Assembly: GCA_046339335.1 (NCBI GenBank) | Contig: JBKDUV010000188.1 | Span: 1 to 43,542 of the forward strand | Length of the DNA: 43,542 bases | Direction: 5' to 3' | Origin: Planctomycetia bacterium | Lineage (GTDB): Bacteria; Planctomycetota; Planctomycetia; Pirellulales; UBA1268 | In this document: piece by piece, positions 1-7,638 of the stretch | Layout: each line of letters opens with the position of its first letter | Position numbering within the stretch: position 1 is the stretch's first letter | Notes under the pieces: model-generated | Seen by the model: the letters and a program-made list of their open reading frames with translations, nothing else | Databases searched by the model: none | What the model was told of the DNA's origin: nothing | Made by a program: the position numbers and the translations under genes

Positions 1-2236
1 TCTTCCTTGACGAAATCGAGGATGCTGCGCCGGCCATCGGCCGCGTCGCGACTGCCGCCCGACGGAGTGAACAACCGCTGGAACACGCCCCGTGTTTCAC
101 CGGCGAAGTCCGCTTCGCCGTGGACGTCAGCGTGAGCACGCTGGCGTGCGTCAGCAGGCCGCCGCGGCCGGCCGGCCCGACCGAGACGCGGACGAACTCG
201 TCCTCCGGAATCGGCGCGCCGGGGTCGGCCGGCGCGCCGGCAGGCGCACCGGCCGGATCGCGCAGTGGATTCCCCTTCGTGTCGCGGATGTTGTAGTGCT
301 CGGCGAGACGGCGGTCGAGGAAGCTGAAGTCGCAGTCGAGCAGCGTGAAGATGCTCATGTCGTCGCGGATCACGGTCCGCGCCAAGAGCAGCGTCTCGTG
401 CCGCATCGACGCCCGCAGGTCATGCCATTGATTCCGGACCCTGGCGTCGGTGATCTTGAACCTCGGGAAGGTTGCGGGATCGGCCTCGAAGGTCGCCAGC
501 TCGTCCAGCTTCAGCCACTGTGCGACGAAGTTCTCGACGAGACGCTGCGCCCGAGGGTCGGCGAGCATCCGCTCGACCTGGGCCGGTATCACCTGTCGCA
601 ACTGCCTCCTGTCGGCGAGGGCGCAGAGCTCATCGTCGGGCAGCGAACTCCAGAGGAAATACGACAGACGCGCGGCCAGTGCATGGTCGTCGATCGGCTC
701 CGGCCCCGCCGTCGCGGAGGGCGTGGCCGGTTCGACGCGAAACAGGAATTTGGGCGAACAGATCGCGGCCTGCATGCCGCGGGCGACGGCCGTCTCCCAG
801 GGCGTGCGGCCGACCTCCGCGAACTCGAGGATCGTATCGCCGTGCTCCGCCGCCCGGTCGAGCCCGATCGCCAGCTGCACCTGCGCCACGAACTCCTCTT
901 TCGTGACGAACGTGGGTGACCCCCGGGCCAGCGACCGCACGCCCTTGAGGACGTCTTCGGGCAGGCTCTTGGCCGCGGCCAGTTTCTTCCAATCGGCTTC
1001 CTGGAGCCGATACCGCGGGGTCTGCGCCTCCGTGCGGACGATCCGCAGCAGACGCTCCACTTCCTCGGGCTGCGGGGGTCGGCGATAGGCGCGGCGGGCG
1101 AACCGTTCGATCACATGCCGGGATTTTTCCTCTCCCGCCAGTCCCTCCGGAGCAGCCAACAGGGCCGCCTGCATGAGGGGCCGGAGCGGCCCGATCCGAT
1201 CCAGGTGATGCACGATGACGCCGCTGCGCTCGGCCGGATCGGCCGACTCCTGCGCCGCCGCGCTCAGCCCCGGAAACCGCAGCTGCACGCGGGCCGTTTT
1301 GGCTGCCAGCCGCACGGTGGCCGAATGGTCCTGCGGGGTGTCGCCGCATGCACCCGCAAGCACGACCGCGCCGTCCACGAGCAGCTCGAAGGCCGGAGCG
1401 TCTTCCGCGACGCAGTGGCCCTGCAGGCGGACGACGATCTGATACTCCCCGAGGCTCGGGACATCCACCACCGCCCCGATGGACTCCGGCCCGCTGCACA
1501 GCCGGGCGCCGGCGGGCAGCTGGGGCGCACGGAACTTGGTGTCGATCGGCTCGCCAGCGGCGTTCCGTGCGAGCCGCCCTTGCTTGTCGAGGTGTCGCAT
1601 TGTGACTTCCGGTCGCAACGCCGTTCCGGTCCCGATTCGGGACCGTGCCGGGGACGAGGGCGGACCGCCGACGATCGCCTGCTTCATGATCAGATCCGCA
1701 GCCTCGATGAAGGCGTCCATGTGCACCGGCGAAATCTCCAGGGCATCGGCGATGTTGTCGAAGCCTTCCGAGACGTTGTCGGCCGGCAAAAGGTCGTCGA
1801 GCGGGATCATGACGCCGAGCAGGTCACGAATGGTCGCGAGATACTCGTATCGACTCAGCCGGCGCATCACGACCCGCCCGGGGTCGGGGGTGCCCGATCG
1901 GGCGTGCCGCGCGAAAACCTCCTTCACGGCCGCGGTGAACCGGCCGACGTCTTCGGCCGCCGGCCGCGGCTCGTCGCCGGGCGGCATCTCCCCACTGGCG
2001 ACCTTCTCCAGCACCTTCGTCCACGACCGATGCTGCGCCAGGATCGCAGCGTCCGTCGTGAAGCCCTGCAGCGCCAGGCCCGCAGCGGGCTCCTCGACGC
2101 CATGGCAGCCGACGCAGTGCCGGGTCACGAACGGCAGGATCACGCCGGTGACGTCCGCGGCATCGCCACCGCGACCAGCCGATGCGCAGGCGGCGACGAT
2201 GATCGCCACGACGGCAACGCGGAAGATTCGGCCCAT
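1..2236 (-). CDS. DUF1587/DUF1592/DUF1588-family planctomycete protein with N-terminal c-type haem motif; C-terminal end lies beyond the window start
   Basis: The minus frame is open from ATG (2236) to position 1, so it is absent from the ORF track. My translation gives MGRIFRVAVVAIIVAAC (signal-like), RHCVGCHG (CxxCH), RRLSRYEYLATIRDLLG, LAARLSYFLWSSLPDDEL, ENFVAQWL and GGLLTHASVLTLTS..RTSPVK, which are hallmark motifs of this family. The track ORFs listed here are R/P/A-rich off-frame artefacts. Confidence 0.8.
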   Translation of the reverse strand, partial: MGRIFRVAVVAIIVAACASAGRGGDAADVTGVILPFVTRHCVGCHGVEEPAAGLALQGFTTDAAILAQHRSWTKVLEKVASGEMPPGDEPRPAAEDVGRFTAAVKEVFARHARSGTPDPGRVVMRRLSRYEYLATIRDLLGVMIPLDDLLPADNVSEGFDNIADALEISPVHMDAFIEAADLIMKQAIVGGPPSSPARSRIGTGTALRPEVTMRHLDKQGRLARNAAGEPIDTKFRAPQLPAGARLCSGPESIGAVVDVPSLGEYQIVVRLQGHCVAEDAPAFELLVDGAVVLAGACGDTPQDHSATVRLAAKTARVQLRFPGLSAAAQESADPAERSGVIVHHLDRIGPLRPLMQAALLAAPEGLAGEEKSRHVIERFARRAYRRPPQPEEVERLLRIVRTEAQTPRYRLQEADWKKLAAAKSLPEDVLKGVRSLARGSPTFVTKEEFVAQVQLAIGLDRAAEHGDTILEFAEVGRTPWETAVARGMQAAICSPKFLFRVEPATPSATAGPEPIDDHALAARLSYFLWSSLPDDELCALADRRQLRQVIPAQVERMLADPRAQRLVENFVAQWLKLDELATFEADPATFPRFKITDARVRNQWHDLRASMRHETLLLARTVIRDDMSIFTLLDCDFSFLDRRLAEHYNIRDTKGNPLRDPAGAPAGAPADPGAPIPEDEFVRVSVGPAGRGGLLTHASVLTLTSTAKRTSPVKHGACSSGCSLRRAAVATRPMAGAASSISSRK

Positions 2237-2513
2237 GCACCCCTCGGTTTTGGATCGGATCGTCGTTTCCTGCCGGCCGGCTGAAGTTCCCAGGATACAG
2301 CAAGACGGAAACCGGTCCGCAAGCTCCTTTCCGGACCCCGAAAACGTCCTGCTCGCCCGCCATCGGGCGGTGCCGGACGCTTTTCACGCGATGCTGGAAA
2401 ATTTTTCTGTCTGCCCGGGAGCGAATCGGTACTTGGATGGTGAACACGCATGAGCCGACGCCGTCGGCGGCGGGTTCGAATCCAAGAACGAGTCCAGGAA
2501 CGAGTCCAAGCAC

Positions 2514-2532
2514 GTGTCCCGAAACGGGACAC
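2514..2532 (+). promoter_or_regulatory. 5'-leader hairpin just upstream of the Shine-Dalgarno of the small Lys/Ala-rich protein gene
   Basis: Perfect 8-bp stem GTGTCCCG/CGGGACAC with an AAA loop, ending 8 nt before AAGGAG (2540-2545). It is preceded by a 12-nt tandem direct repeat GAACGAGTCCA (2486-2496 and 2498-2508). Confidence 0.3.
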
Positions 2533-2553
2533 GACAGAAAAGGAGCGATGATC

Positions 2554-2931
2554 ATGAAGATGTTTCGTATGGTCGTGGCGCTGGCGGTGATGGCGGCGAT
2601 GGCGGCCGCGATGGGAGATGCCCGGGCGGCGGCGAAGACGGACCGGCAGGCCGACGCGGCAGGCATGGAAAAGCAGCCGGCCGAGGCCGCCACCAAGACC
2701 GCCACCAAGACCGCGGCCAAGACCGCGGCCAAAACGGCCTCGCGGCCGACTGCAGCGACGGGTTCGGCCAAGTCCTCGGCCAAGTCGTCCGCAAAGTCTT
2801 CCGACAAGGCTACCGCGAAGACCGGTGAGGCGTCCGCCGCCACGAAGGCCAAACGGACGCGGAAGGTGGTCGAGGGCGACAAGCCGCTCGAAGCCGGCAA
2901 GAATACGCGGTCGCGGAAAAAGGCCGCCTGA
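2554..2931 (+). CDS. small secreted Lys/Ala/Thr/Ser-rich low-complexity protein with 4-residue periodic repeats
   Basis: In-frame part of ORF 2437..2931. AAGGAG lies 8 nt before ATG 2554 (ATG 2548 is only 2 nt from the SD). Signal peptide MKMFRMVVALAVMAAMAAAMGDARA. (TKTA)x4 and (SAKS)x3-4 are encoded by 12-nt DNA repeats, with GC-rich third codon positions. Confidence 0.6.
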   Translation: MKMFRMVVALAVMAAMAAAMGDARAAAKTDRQADAAGMEKQPAEAATKTATKTAAKTAAKTASRPTAATGSAKSSAKSSAKSSDKATAKTGEASAATKAKRTRKVVEGDKPLEAGKNTRSRKKAA

Positions 2932-2939
2932 CACGACCG

Positions 2940-2975
2940 CTGCCCGCGGGTCATCCCCCGGAGACCCGCGGGCAG
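2940..2975 (+). terminator. GC-rich hairpin after the small repeat-protein gene (terminator-like)
   Basis: 11-bp perfect inverted repeat CTGCCCGCGGG / CCCGCGGGCAG with a 14-nt loop, starting 9 nt after stop 2929-2931. It is followed by TCTCGGGTTTCC, which is only a weak U-tract. Confidence 0.5.
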
Positions 2976-3033
2976 TCTCGGGTTTCCGCCCGCGGCCACA
3001 CCCCCAACGCACCCTCCGAACACCGCTCGCTGC

Positions 3034-3573
3034 ATGAACGACCCGTCGCTTATCAAGGACATGCTCCGCCACCAGGGGGACTTCATGGCCTACCTGATGG
3101 CGATGGTCCGCGACCTCGACGCCGCCGAGGAGATTTTTCAGAACGCGGCCGTCGTGGTCATGCAGCATGCAACCGCCAGCGCGGGCCCGATCCGCGATTT
3201 CCGCGCCTGGGCGAAGGAGATCGTGCGCCGGCAGGCGCTCAACTACATTCGCGCCAAAAGCCGGGCCGCACGTTGTCCGCCAACCGAGCCGGAACTCCTC
3301 GAGCAGATCGACGTCGCCTTCGATGAAGACTCCACCGACGCGGACCGGAGACAGCGGGAACTCGACGCGCTCCGGGAGTGCGCCGGCCGATTGCCCGAAG
3401 TGCAGCGCCGGATGGTCGCGATGCGGTACGAGGGCCGCGCCTCGTTCGACACGATCGGCACCGCGTTGGGGAGGACCGGCGCCGCCGTGCAGCGGGCCCT
3501 GTCGCGGACCAGGAGGATGCTTCACGACTGCGTGCAATCCAAGCTGACTCGATCCTCGGGAGTGGCACGATGA
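3034..3573 (+). CDS. ECF-type RNA polymerase sigma-70 family factor
   Basis: 179 aa. Sigma region 2-like N-terminal half. Region 4 HTH is RRMVAMRYEGRASFDTIGTALGRTGAAVQRALSRTRRML. The stop overlaps the next start (ATGA at 3570-3573). Confidence 0.9.
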   Translation: MNDPSLIKDMLRHQGDFMAYLMAMVRDLDAAEEIFQNAAVVVMQHATASAGPIRDFRAWAKEIVRRQALNYIRAKSRAARCPPTEPELLEQIDVAFDEDSTDADRRQRELDALRECAGRLPEVQRRMVAMRYEGRASFDTIGTALGRTGAAVQRALSRTRRMLHDCVQSKLTRSSGVAR

Positions 3574-4196
3574 ACGCGGACGGTGCCGGGCCGCCGGATC
3601 GGGAACTCGACGACCTGATCGTGCAGCACCTCGACGGCGGCCTCGATGCGGCCGGCCAGCGGCGGCTCGCCGCGCTCCTCGCCGCGTCGGCAGATGCCCG
3701 GCGCACGCTCGCCGGCTACCTGCGGCAGGAAGGGGCGACACTGCGACTGGCCAGCGCCGGTCTGCTGGGCGCCGGCGGCAGAGACGCGGCCGAAGACATG
3801 CGGTCGGGTGCGGTGGCCGATGCGACACGCGCGCGACCGGCCCCTCACCATCCGGTCGCGGCCGACGCAGGCAGGCCAGCGGCCAACTGGTCGCGGCCCG
3901 CTTTTGCGGCCATCGCGGCCGGACTCCTCATGGCCGCCTTTCTCGTGCGGATGCTGCCCGGCATCCGCGGCCCGGACACGCCCGATGCAGAGTTCGACCG
4001 CGTCGCCGACACCTGGCTCGCGGTGCAGCGGGCCGCTACGGCCGACCCGCCGGTGCCGCTGGCCGCATCGGTCACCGGCCCCGCTGACGGCGACGGTGAC
4101 GGCGTCGATGAGCCCGGCGGCACCCACCCGCCGCGCTGGCTCGTGGCCGCGCTGGCGGACGACGCCGCACATTCAGGAACACCGGACGAAGGCTGA
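3570..4196 (+). CDS. putative anti-sigma factor (single-pass membrane protein)
   Basis: ATG 3570 is in frame within ORF 3378..4196 and translationally coupled to the sigma gene. The N-terminus LDDLIVQHLDGGLDAAGQRRLAALLAASADARRTLAGYL resembles planctomycete anti-sigma N-domains. One TM segment, FAAIAAGLLMAAFLVRML. Confidence 0.7.
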   Translation: MNADGAGPPDRELDDLIVQHLDGGLDAAGQRRLAALLAASADARRTLAGYLRQEGATLRLASAGLLGAGGRDAAEDMRSGAVADATRARPAPHHPVAADAGRPAANWSRPAFAAIAAGLLMAAFLVRMLPGIRGPDTPDAEFDRVADTWLAVQRAATADPPVPLAASVTGPADGDGDGVDEPGGTHPPRWLVAALADDAAHSGTPDEG

Positions 4197-4247
4197 GGCA
4201 GAAGAGGCTCGAGCGGGCGGCAAACGAGTGCGGGAAAGGAACGAGGA

Positions 4248-4895
4248 ATGCATTTCACACGTGTCGCGGGCATTGCAATCGCATGGGTGCTGATCACGAT
4301 CGCGGGCCGGGGTCGGCCGGCCGCGGTCGCCGGAGCGGAACAACCCGTCGCGGAGCCGGCGGCGCGGACCGGCGGCGCCGAGAAGCCGGTGGCGGCCGGC
4401 CGGCAGCCTGGGGTTTCAGCCGCGACCGATCCCACCCGCGCGGAGCGGGTCCGAACCTTCGTCCGCGAGTATCAGCCCGAGTTGGCCGATCTGCTCGACC
4501 GACTGCAGGACCGCAAGCCCGACGAGTACGCCGCGGCACTGGCGGACCTCGACAAGACCGTGCTTGCGCTCGCGGCCAGCAAGGCGAAGGACGAACGGCT
4601 CCACGCGATCGAACTCCGCGTCTGGCAGGCCCGCACGCGGATCGATCTGCTGGTCGCCCGCTGGATGACCGGCTCCAAGAAGAACCGGGCGAAACTCGAG
4701 CCCCAACTGCGGGAAGCGCTCGCCGCCGAGATCGACGCCCGCGCGGAACACCTCGCCTACCGCAAGCAGCGGTCGGCGGCCTGGTATGATCGTCAGATCG
4801 CGAGGCTGCGCGACACCCGGGATGATCTCGTCGCCGAGCGTCTCGACGACCTGCTCGCCGAGCCGGGTCGCAAGCGGAAGCCGGCCGGCAGGTGA
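4248..4895 (+). CDS. hypothetical secreted or membrane-anchored helical protein, third gene of the ECF operon
   Basis: 215-aa ORF with hydrophobic N-terminus VAGIAIAWVLITIAG, followed by a charged, helix-prone sequence (E/R/A/L/D rich). No family recognised. Confidence 0.6.
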   Translation: MHFTRVAGIAIAWVLITIAGRGRPAAVAGAEQPVAEPAARTGGAEKPVAAGRQPGVSAATDPTRAERVRTFVREYQPELADLLDRLQDRKPDEYAAALADLDKTVLALAASKAKDERLHAIELRVWQARTRIDLLVARWMTGSKKNRAKLEPQLREALAAEIDARAEHLAYRKQRSAAWYDRQIARLRDTRDDLVAERLDDLLAEPGRKRKPAGR

Positions 4896-5782
4896 GCGAT
4901 GCGGGGGCCGGCCGGAGCGTCCGCGCCGGCGACGGCGAGCGTTCGGAGGCACTGGTGACGGTCGAACTTGCGTGCAACGACACGGGGTCGGGAGAGCCGC
5001 TCGTGATCCTCCACGGCCTGCTCGGGGCCAAGCGAAACTGGGCCACCGTTGCCAAGGCACTGGCAGGGCAGCGTCGCGTGCTCTGGGCCGACCTGCGAAA
5101 CCACGGCTCGAGCCCCTGGGACGACGCCCATACCTACCCCGACATGGCCGCAGACGTGGCCCGGCTGGTCGAGACGCGGATCGGCGGCCCGGCCACGGTC
5201 CTGGGCCACAGCATGGGGGGCAAGGTGGCGATGCTGCTCGCCCTGACGCGGCCCGAACGCGTGGCCCGGCTCGTCGTCGTCGATATCGCGCCGACGGTGT
5301 CACAGCGGGCGCCGCGCGACTTCCTGGCAGCGATGCGCGGCGTGCCGCTGGCGGCGTGCCGCACCCGGGCCGAAGCCGACGCGGCCCTCGCGCAGTCCGT
5401 CGCCGACCCGGCCGTCCGCGGATTTCTCATGCAGAACGTGGCCAACGGCCCCGATGGGCTGTCGTGGGGTGTGAACCTCGACGCGCTCGAACGCCATTTC
5501 GAGTCGATTCGCGGGTTTCCCACGATTCCCCACGGACGCGCGTATTCCGGGCCCACGCTCTTCATTGCGGGAGGCCGGTCCGACTACATCCGTCCCGAGC
5601 ACGCGGCCGAGATCGACCGGCTTTTTCCCCGGGCTACGACCGAGACTCTGCCCGCTGCCGGGCACTGGGTGCATGCCGACGCCCCCGCGGAGTTTGTCGC
5701 GATCGTGGAGCGGTTTCTGGCGACGACCGCGGCCTATACTGGCCGCCATGAATCAGACCCGCTGCCCCATCTGCCAGGGTGA
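4892..5782 (+). CDS. alpha/beta hydrolase (YbfF/ABHD11-like esterase)
   Basis: PLVILHGLLG oxyanion region, GHSMGG nucleophile elbow and C-terminal GHWVHAD histidine. The start is uncertain: GTG 4892 overlapping the upstream stop, or GTG 4955. The last ~12 codons have poor third-position GC and overlap the next ORF. Confidence 0.85.
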   Translation: MSDAGAGRSVRAGDGERSEALVTVELACNDTGSGEPLVILHGLLGAKRNWATVAKALAGQRRVLWADLRNHGSSPWDDAHTYPDMAADVARLVETRIGGPATVLGHSMGGKVAMLLALTRPERVARLVVVDIAPTVSQRAPRDFLAAMRGVPLAACRTRAEADAALAQSVADPAVRGFLMQNVANGPDGLSWGVNLDALERHFESIRGFPTIPHGRAYSGPTLFIAGGRSDYIRPEHAAEIDRLFPRATTETLPAAGHWVHADAPAEFVAIVERFLATTAAYTGRHESDPLPHLPG

Positions 5783-5933
5783 GACGCACGAGATCCGCGC
5801 CAAGCTCGTCTGCCGGACCTGCGGGGCGATCCTCGAGACGTGCTGCGAAGGGGGACCGATGGGCCGCGGCTGCGACCAGCCCCCGGTGCCACCGTCAGAA
5901 CCGGCACCTTCGGACGTCGGCGAACGACGCTGA
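5748..5933 (+). CDS. small zinc-ribbon protein (61 aa)
   Basis: In-frame ATG inside ORF 5565..5933: MNQTRCPICQGETHEIRAKLVCRTCGAILETCCEGG, with two CxxC pairs 13 residues apart. The first ~35 codons have almost exclusively G/C at position 3, whereas the overlapping hydrolase frame does not. Confidence 0.55.
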   Translation: MNQTRCPICQGETHEIRAKLVCRTCGAILETCCEGGPMGRGCDQPPVPPSEPAPSDVGERR

Positions 5934-6108
5934 GTTTTTCGATCGGCAAAGCACGATCTTCTGACGAGAGTTTGCCGGCGGCGCAAACCCTCCCGGTCGC
6001 GGGAACTCAACGGATGGGTTCCTGGCCGGGCGGGATACGGCCGCCGGTGGCCTCTGCCGGGCGCACCGCGGGGAATCCATCGACTGGGGATGGTTTCACG
6101 CGGCGCCT

Positions 6109-6134
6109 GGAACACGTGTTCCCAAAAGGTCGAG
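6109..6134 (+). promoter_or_regulatory. perfect 14-nt palindrome GGAACACGTGTTCC containing an ECF-like -35 (GGAAC), with TCGAG 16 nt downstream
   Basis: GGAAC at 6109-6113, a 16-nt spacer, then TCGAG at 6130-6134. GGAGG is at 6151-6155 and the GTG start at 6161. This geometry fits an ECF-type promoter with a short leader. The consensus for this sigma factor is unknown. Confidence 0.3.
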
Positions 6135-6160
6135 AGTTCCCTTTCCCTCTGGAGGTTTCC

Positions 6161-7609
6161 GTGAAGAAGCGATTGACGTTCAAGTTCCTGCCGTGGGTGG
6201 CGGCTGCCGGCGTGTGCGTCGGCGGTGCGTTCGTCCGCGGCGAAGAGCCGGCCGTGCCGAAGGCGGACGGGTCCGTGCTGGTCAACGGTGGCGATGCCGC
6301 GGCTGCGGCTCCCTCCGCCGCACCGGCCGCCGATGCCGCCGGCATGCGGACGGTGAAGCGCTGGAAGATGGTGCCCGAGGTCCGCGAGATCGAGGTCACC
6401 GAGTGGGGGACCGAGGTCCGCGAGCGTTCCTTCCAGGTCACGAAGAAAGTGCCCCGGATCGAGGAGCGGACGCGGAACTTCACGGTCATGGTGCCGGAGA
6501 AGCGGACGAAGACGGTCGACTACACCGTCAACGTCACCGTTCCGGAAACCAAGACCGTGGAGTACAAGGTCAACGTGCCCTACACCGAGCAGGTCGAGAA
6601 GTCCTACACGGTGATGGTGCCCGTCAAGGAGGAGAAGACGCGGACGTGGAAGGTGAACGTGCCCTACACCGAGCAGGTCGAGAAGACCTACACGGTGATG
6701 GTGCCGGTCAAGGAGGAGCGGACGGCCACCTACAAGGTGAACGTGCCGTACACCGAGCAGATCCAGCAGTCGTTCCAGGTGCAGGTCCCGTACTTCGAGG
6801 AGATGACGGGCTTCCGCACGGTCTCGAAGCGCGTGCCGGTCAAGGGCACGAAGACCGTGACCTGCCGGGGCGGACACTGGGTGACCGAGGCCAAGGAGAT
6901 TTCCGCCAACGGCAAGTATGACGCCGCCGGCAATCCCTGCTGCCCGAAGGTCGTCTGCTGCCGCAAGTGGGTGCCGACGTGCGAGACCAAGGAGATCGAG
7001 GTCACCACGTGGAAGACCGAGTGCGAGCAGGTCCCCTTCACCTACAAGGTGAAGAAGTTCCGCTGCGAAGAGCGGAGCCGGACGGTGTGCGTCGCCAAGA
7101 GCCGGTGCGAGGAGCGGACCCGCTCATTCTGTGTCACGAAGATGGTTCCGGAGACCCGGACCAAGACCATCTGCGTGCACAAGAGCCGGTGCGAGGAGCG
7201 GTCGGCGAACTACTGCGTCACCAAGATGGTTCCGGAGACCCGGACCAAGACGGTGTGCGTGGCGAAGAGCCGCTGCGAGACGCGGACCCGTGAGATCACG
7301 GTGAACCGGTGCGTGGCCGAGAAGCGGTCGAAGGAAGTCTGCTACACGGTGAACGTGCCGGTGCAGAAGTCCGAGACCTACAGCGTGTGCGTCAGCGACA
7401 ACGTCTGCGAGACGAAGACCGAGTCGTATGTCGTCCGCGTGCCCAAGAAGGTCACCAAGAAGGTCTGCACCACGGCGAAGCGTTGCGTCGAGGAGCAGGT
7501 TCCGGCCTGCGACGCCGGTGACGCCTGCGGCAACGGCGGTGCGGCCGGTGGCAAGGGTGGCTGCGGCAAGTCCCACAAGGGCCTGCTGGGCTGCAAGAAG
7601 GGCTGCTGA
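6161..7609 (+). CDS. secreted YTV-repeat / Cys-rich repeat protein (planctomycete-specific repeat family)
   Basis: GTG start 6 nt after GGAGG, in frame within ORF 5840..7609. Signal peptide KKRLTFKFLPWVAAAGVCVGGAFVRG. Repeated (K)VNVPYTEQVEK(S/T)YTVMVPVKEE units are followed by repeated KSRCEER..CVTKMVPETRTKT.CV units. The tail is Gly/Cys/Lys-rich: CGNGGAAGGKGGCGKSHKGLLGCKKGC. Confidence 0.85.
   Translation: MKKRLTFKFLPWVAAAGVCVGGAFVRGEEPAVPKADGSVLVNGGDAAAAAPSAAPAADAAGMRTVKRWKMVPEVREIEVTEWGTEVRERSFQVTKKVPRIEERTRNFTVMVPEKRTKTVDYTVNVTVPETKTVEYKVNVPYTEQVEKSYTVMVPVKEEKTRTWKVNVPYTEQVEKTYTVMVPVKEERTATYKVNVPYTEQIQQSFQVQVPYFEEMTGFRTVSKRVPVKGTKTVTCRGGHWVTEAKEISANGKYDAAGNPCCPKVVCCRKWVPTCETKEIEVTTWKTECEQVPFTYKVKKFRCEERSRTVCVAKSRCEERTRSFCVTKMVPETRTKTICVHKSRCEERSANYCVTKMVPETRTKTVCVAKSRCETRTREITVNRCVAEKRSKEVCYTVNVPVQKSETYSVCVSDNVCETKTESYVVRVPKKVTKKVCTTAKRCVEEQVPACDAGDACGNGGAAGGKGGCGKSHKGLLGCKKGC
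6566..6817 (+). repeat. three tandem 84-nt (28-codon) coding repeats, Cys-free YTV units
   Basis: AAGGT(C/G)AACGTGCC(C/G)TACACCGAGCAG recurs at 6566, 6650 and 6734 (period exactly 84 nt). The third unit is diverged. Confidence 0.85.
7097..7348 (+). repeat. three tandem 84-nt (28-codon) coding repeats, Cys-rich units
   Basis: AAGAGCCG(G/C)TGCGAG recurs at 7097, 7181 and 7265 (period 84 nt). The first two units also share GTCAC(G/C)AAGATGGTTCCGGAGACCCGGACCAAGAC. The third unit is diverged. Confidence 0.85.
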
Positions 7610-7617
7610 TCGGGGTT

Positions 7618-7638
7618 CCGCCGGCCGCGGGCCGGCGG
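7618..7638 (+). terminator. GC-rich hairpin after the YTV gene
   Basis: CCGCCGGCC GCG GGCCGGCGG, a 9-bp perfect stem, 9 nt after stop 7607-7609. No U-tract. Confidence 0.35.

Noticed and set aside
2470-2483. GCGGGTTCGAATCC, a 14-nt match to the T-arm of the tRNA-Ser at 37566. I considered a tRNA gene or an att-site remnant bracketing a 35-kb element.
   Set aside because: The 3' half of the T-stem is missing (CCAAG instead of CCCGC), and no acceptor or anticodon arms can be drawn. The copy lies upstream of the tRNA, whereas integration at a tRNA 3' end leaves the partial copy downstream. The motif is the universal T-loop consensus and easily arises by chance in GC-rich DNA.
1824-3828. Minus-strand ORFs of 420 aa and 562 aa spanning the small repeat-protein and ECF sigma genes
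   Set aside because: They run antisense to genes with clear SD sites, a signal peptide and sigma-factor motifs. The translations are Arg/Pro/Gly-rich and cross two intergenic regions.
6566-7348. Regularly spaced 84-nt repeats, considered as a possible CRISPR-like or non-coding array
   Set aside because: The repeats are contiguous with no spacers, lie in frame within a long ORF with strong codon bias, and translate to conserved 28-aa protein repeats. They are coding tandem repeats.
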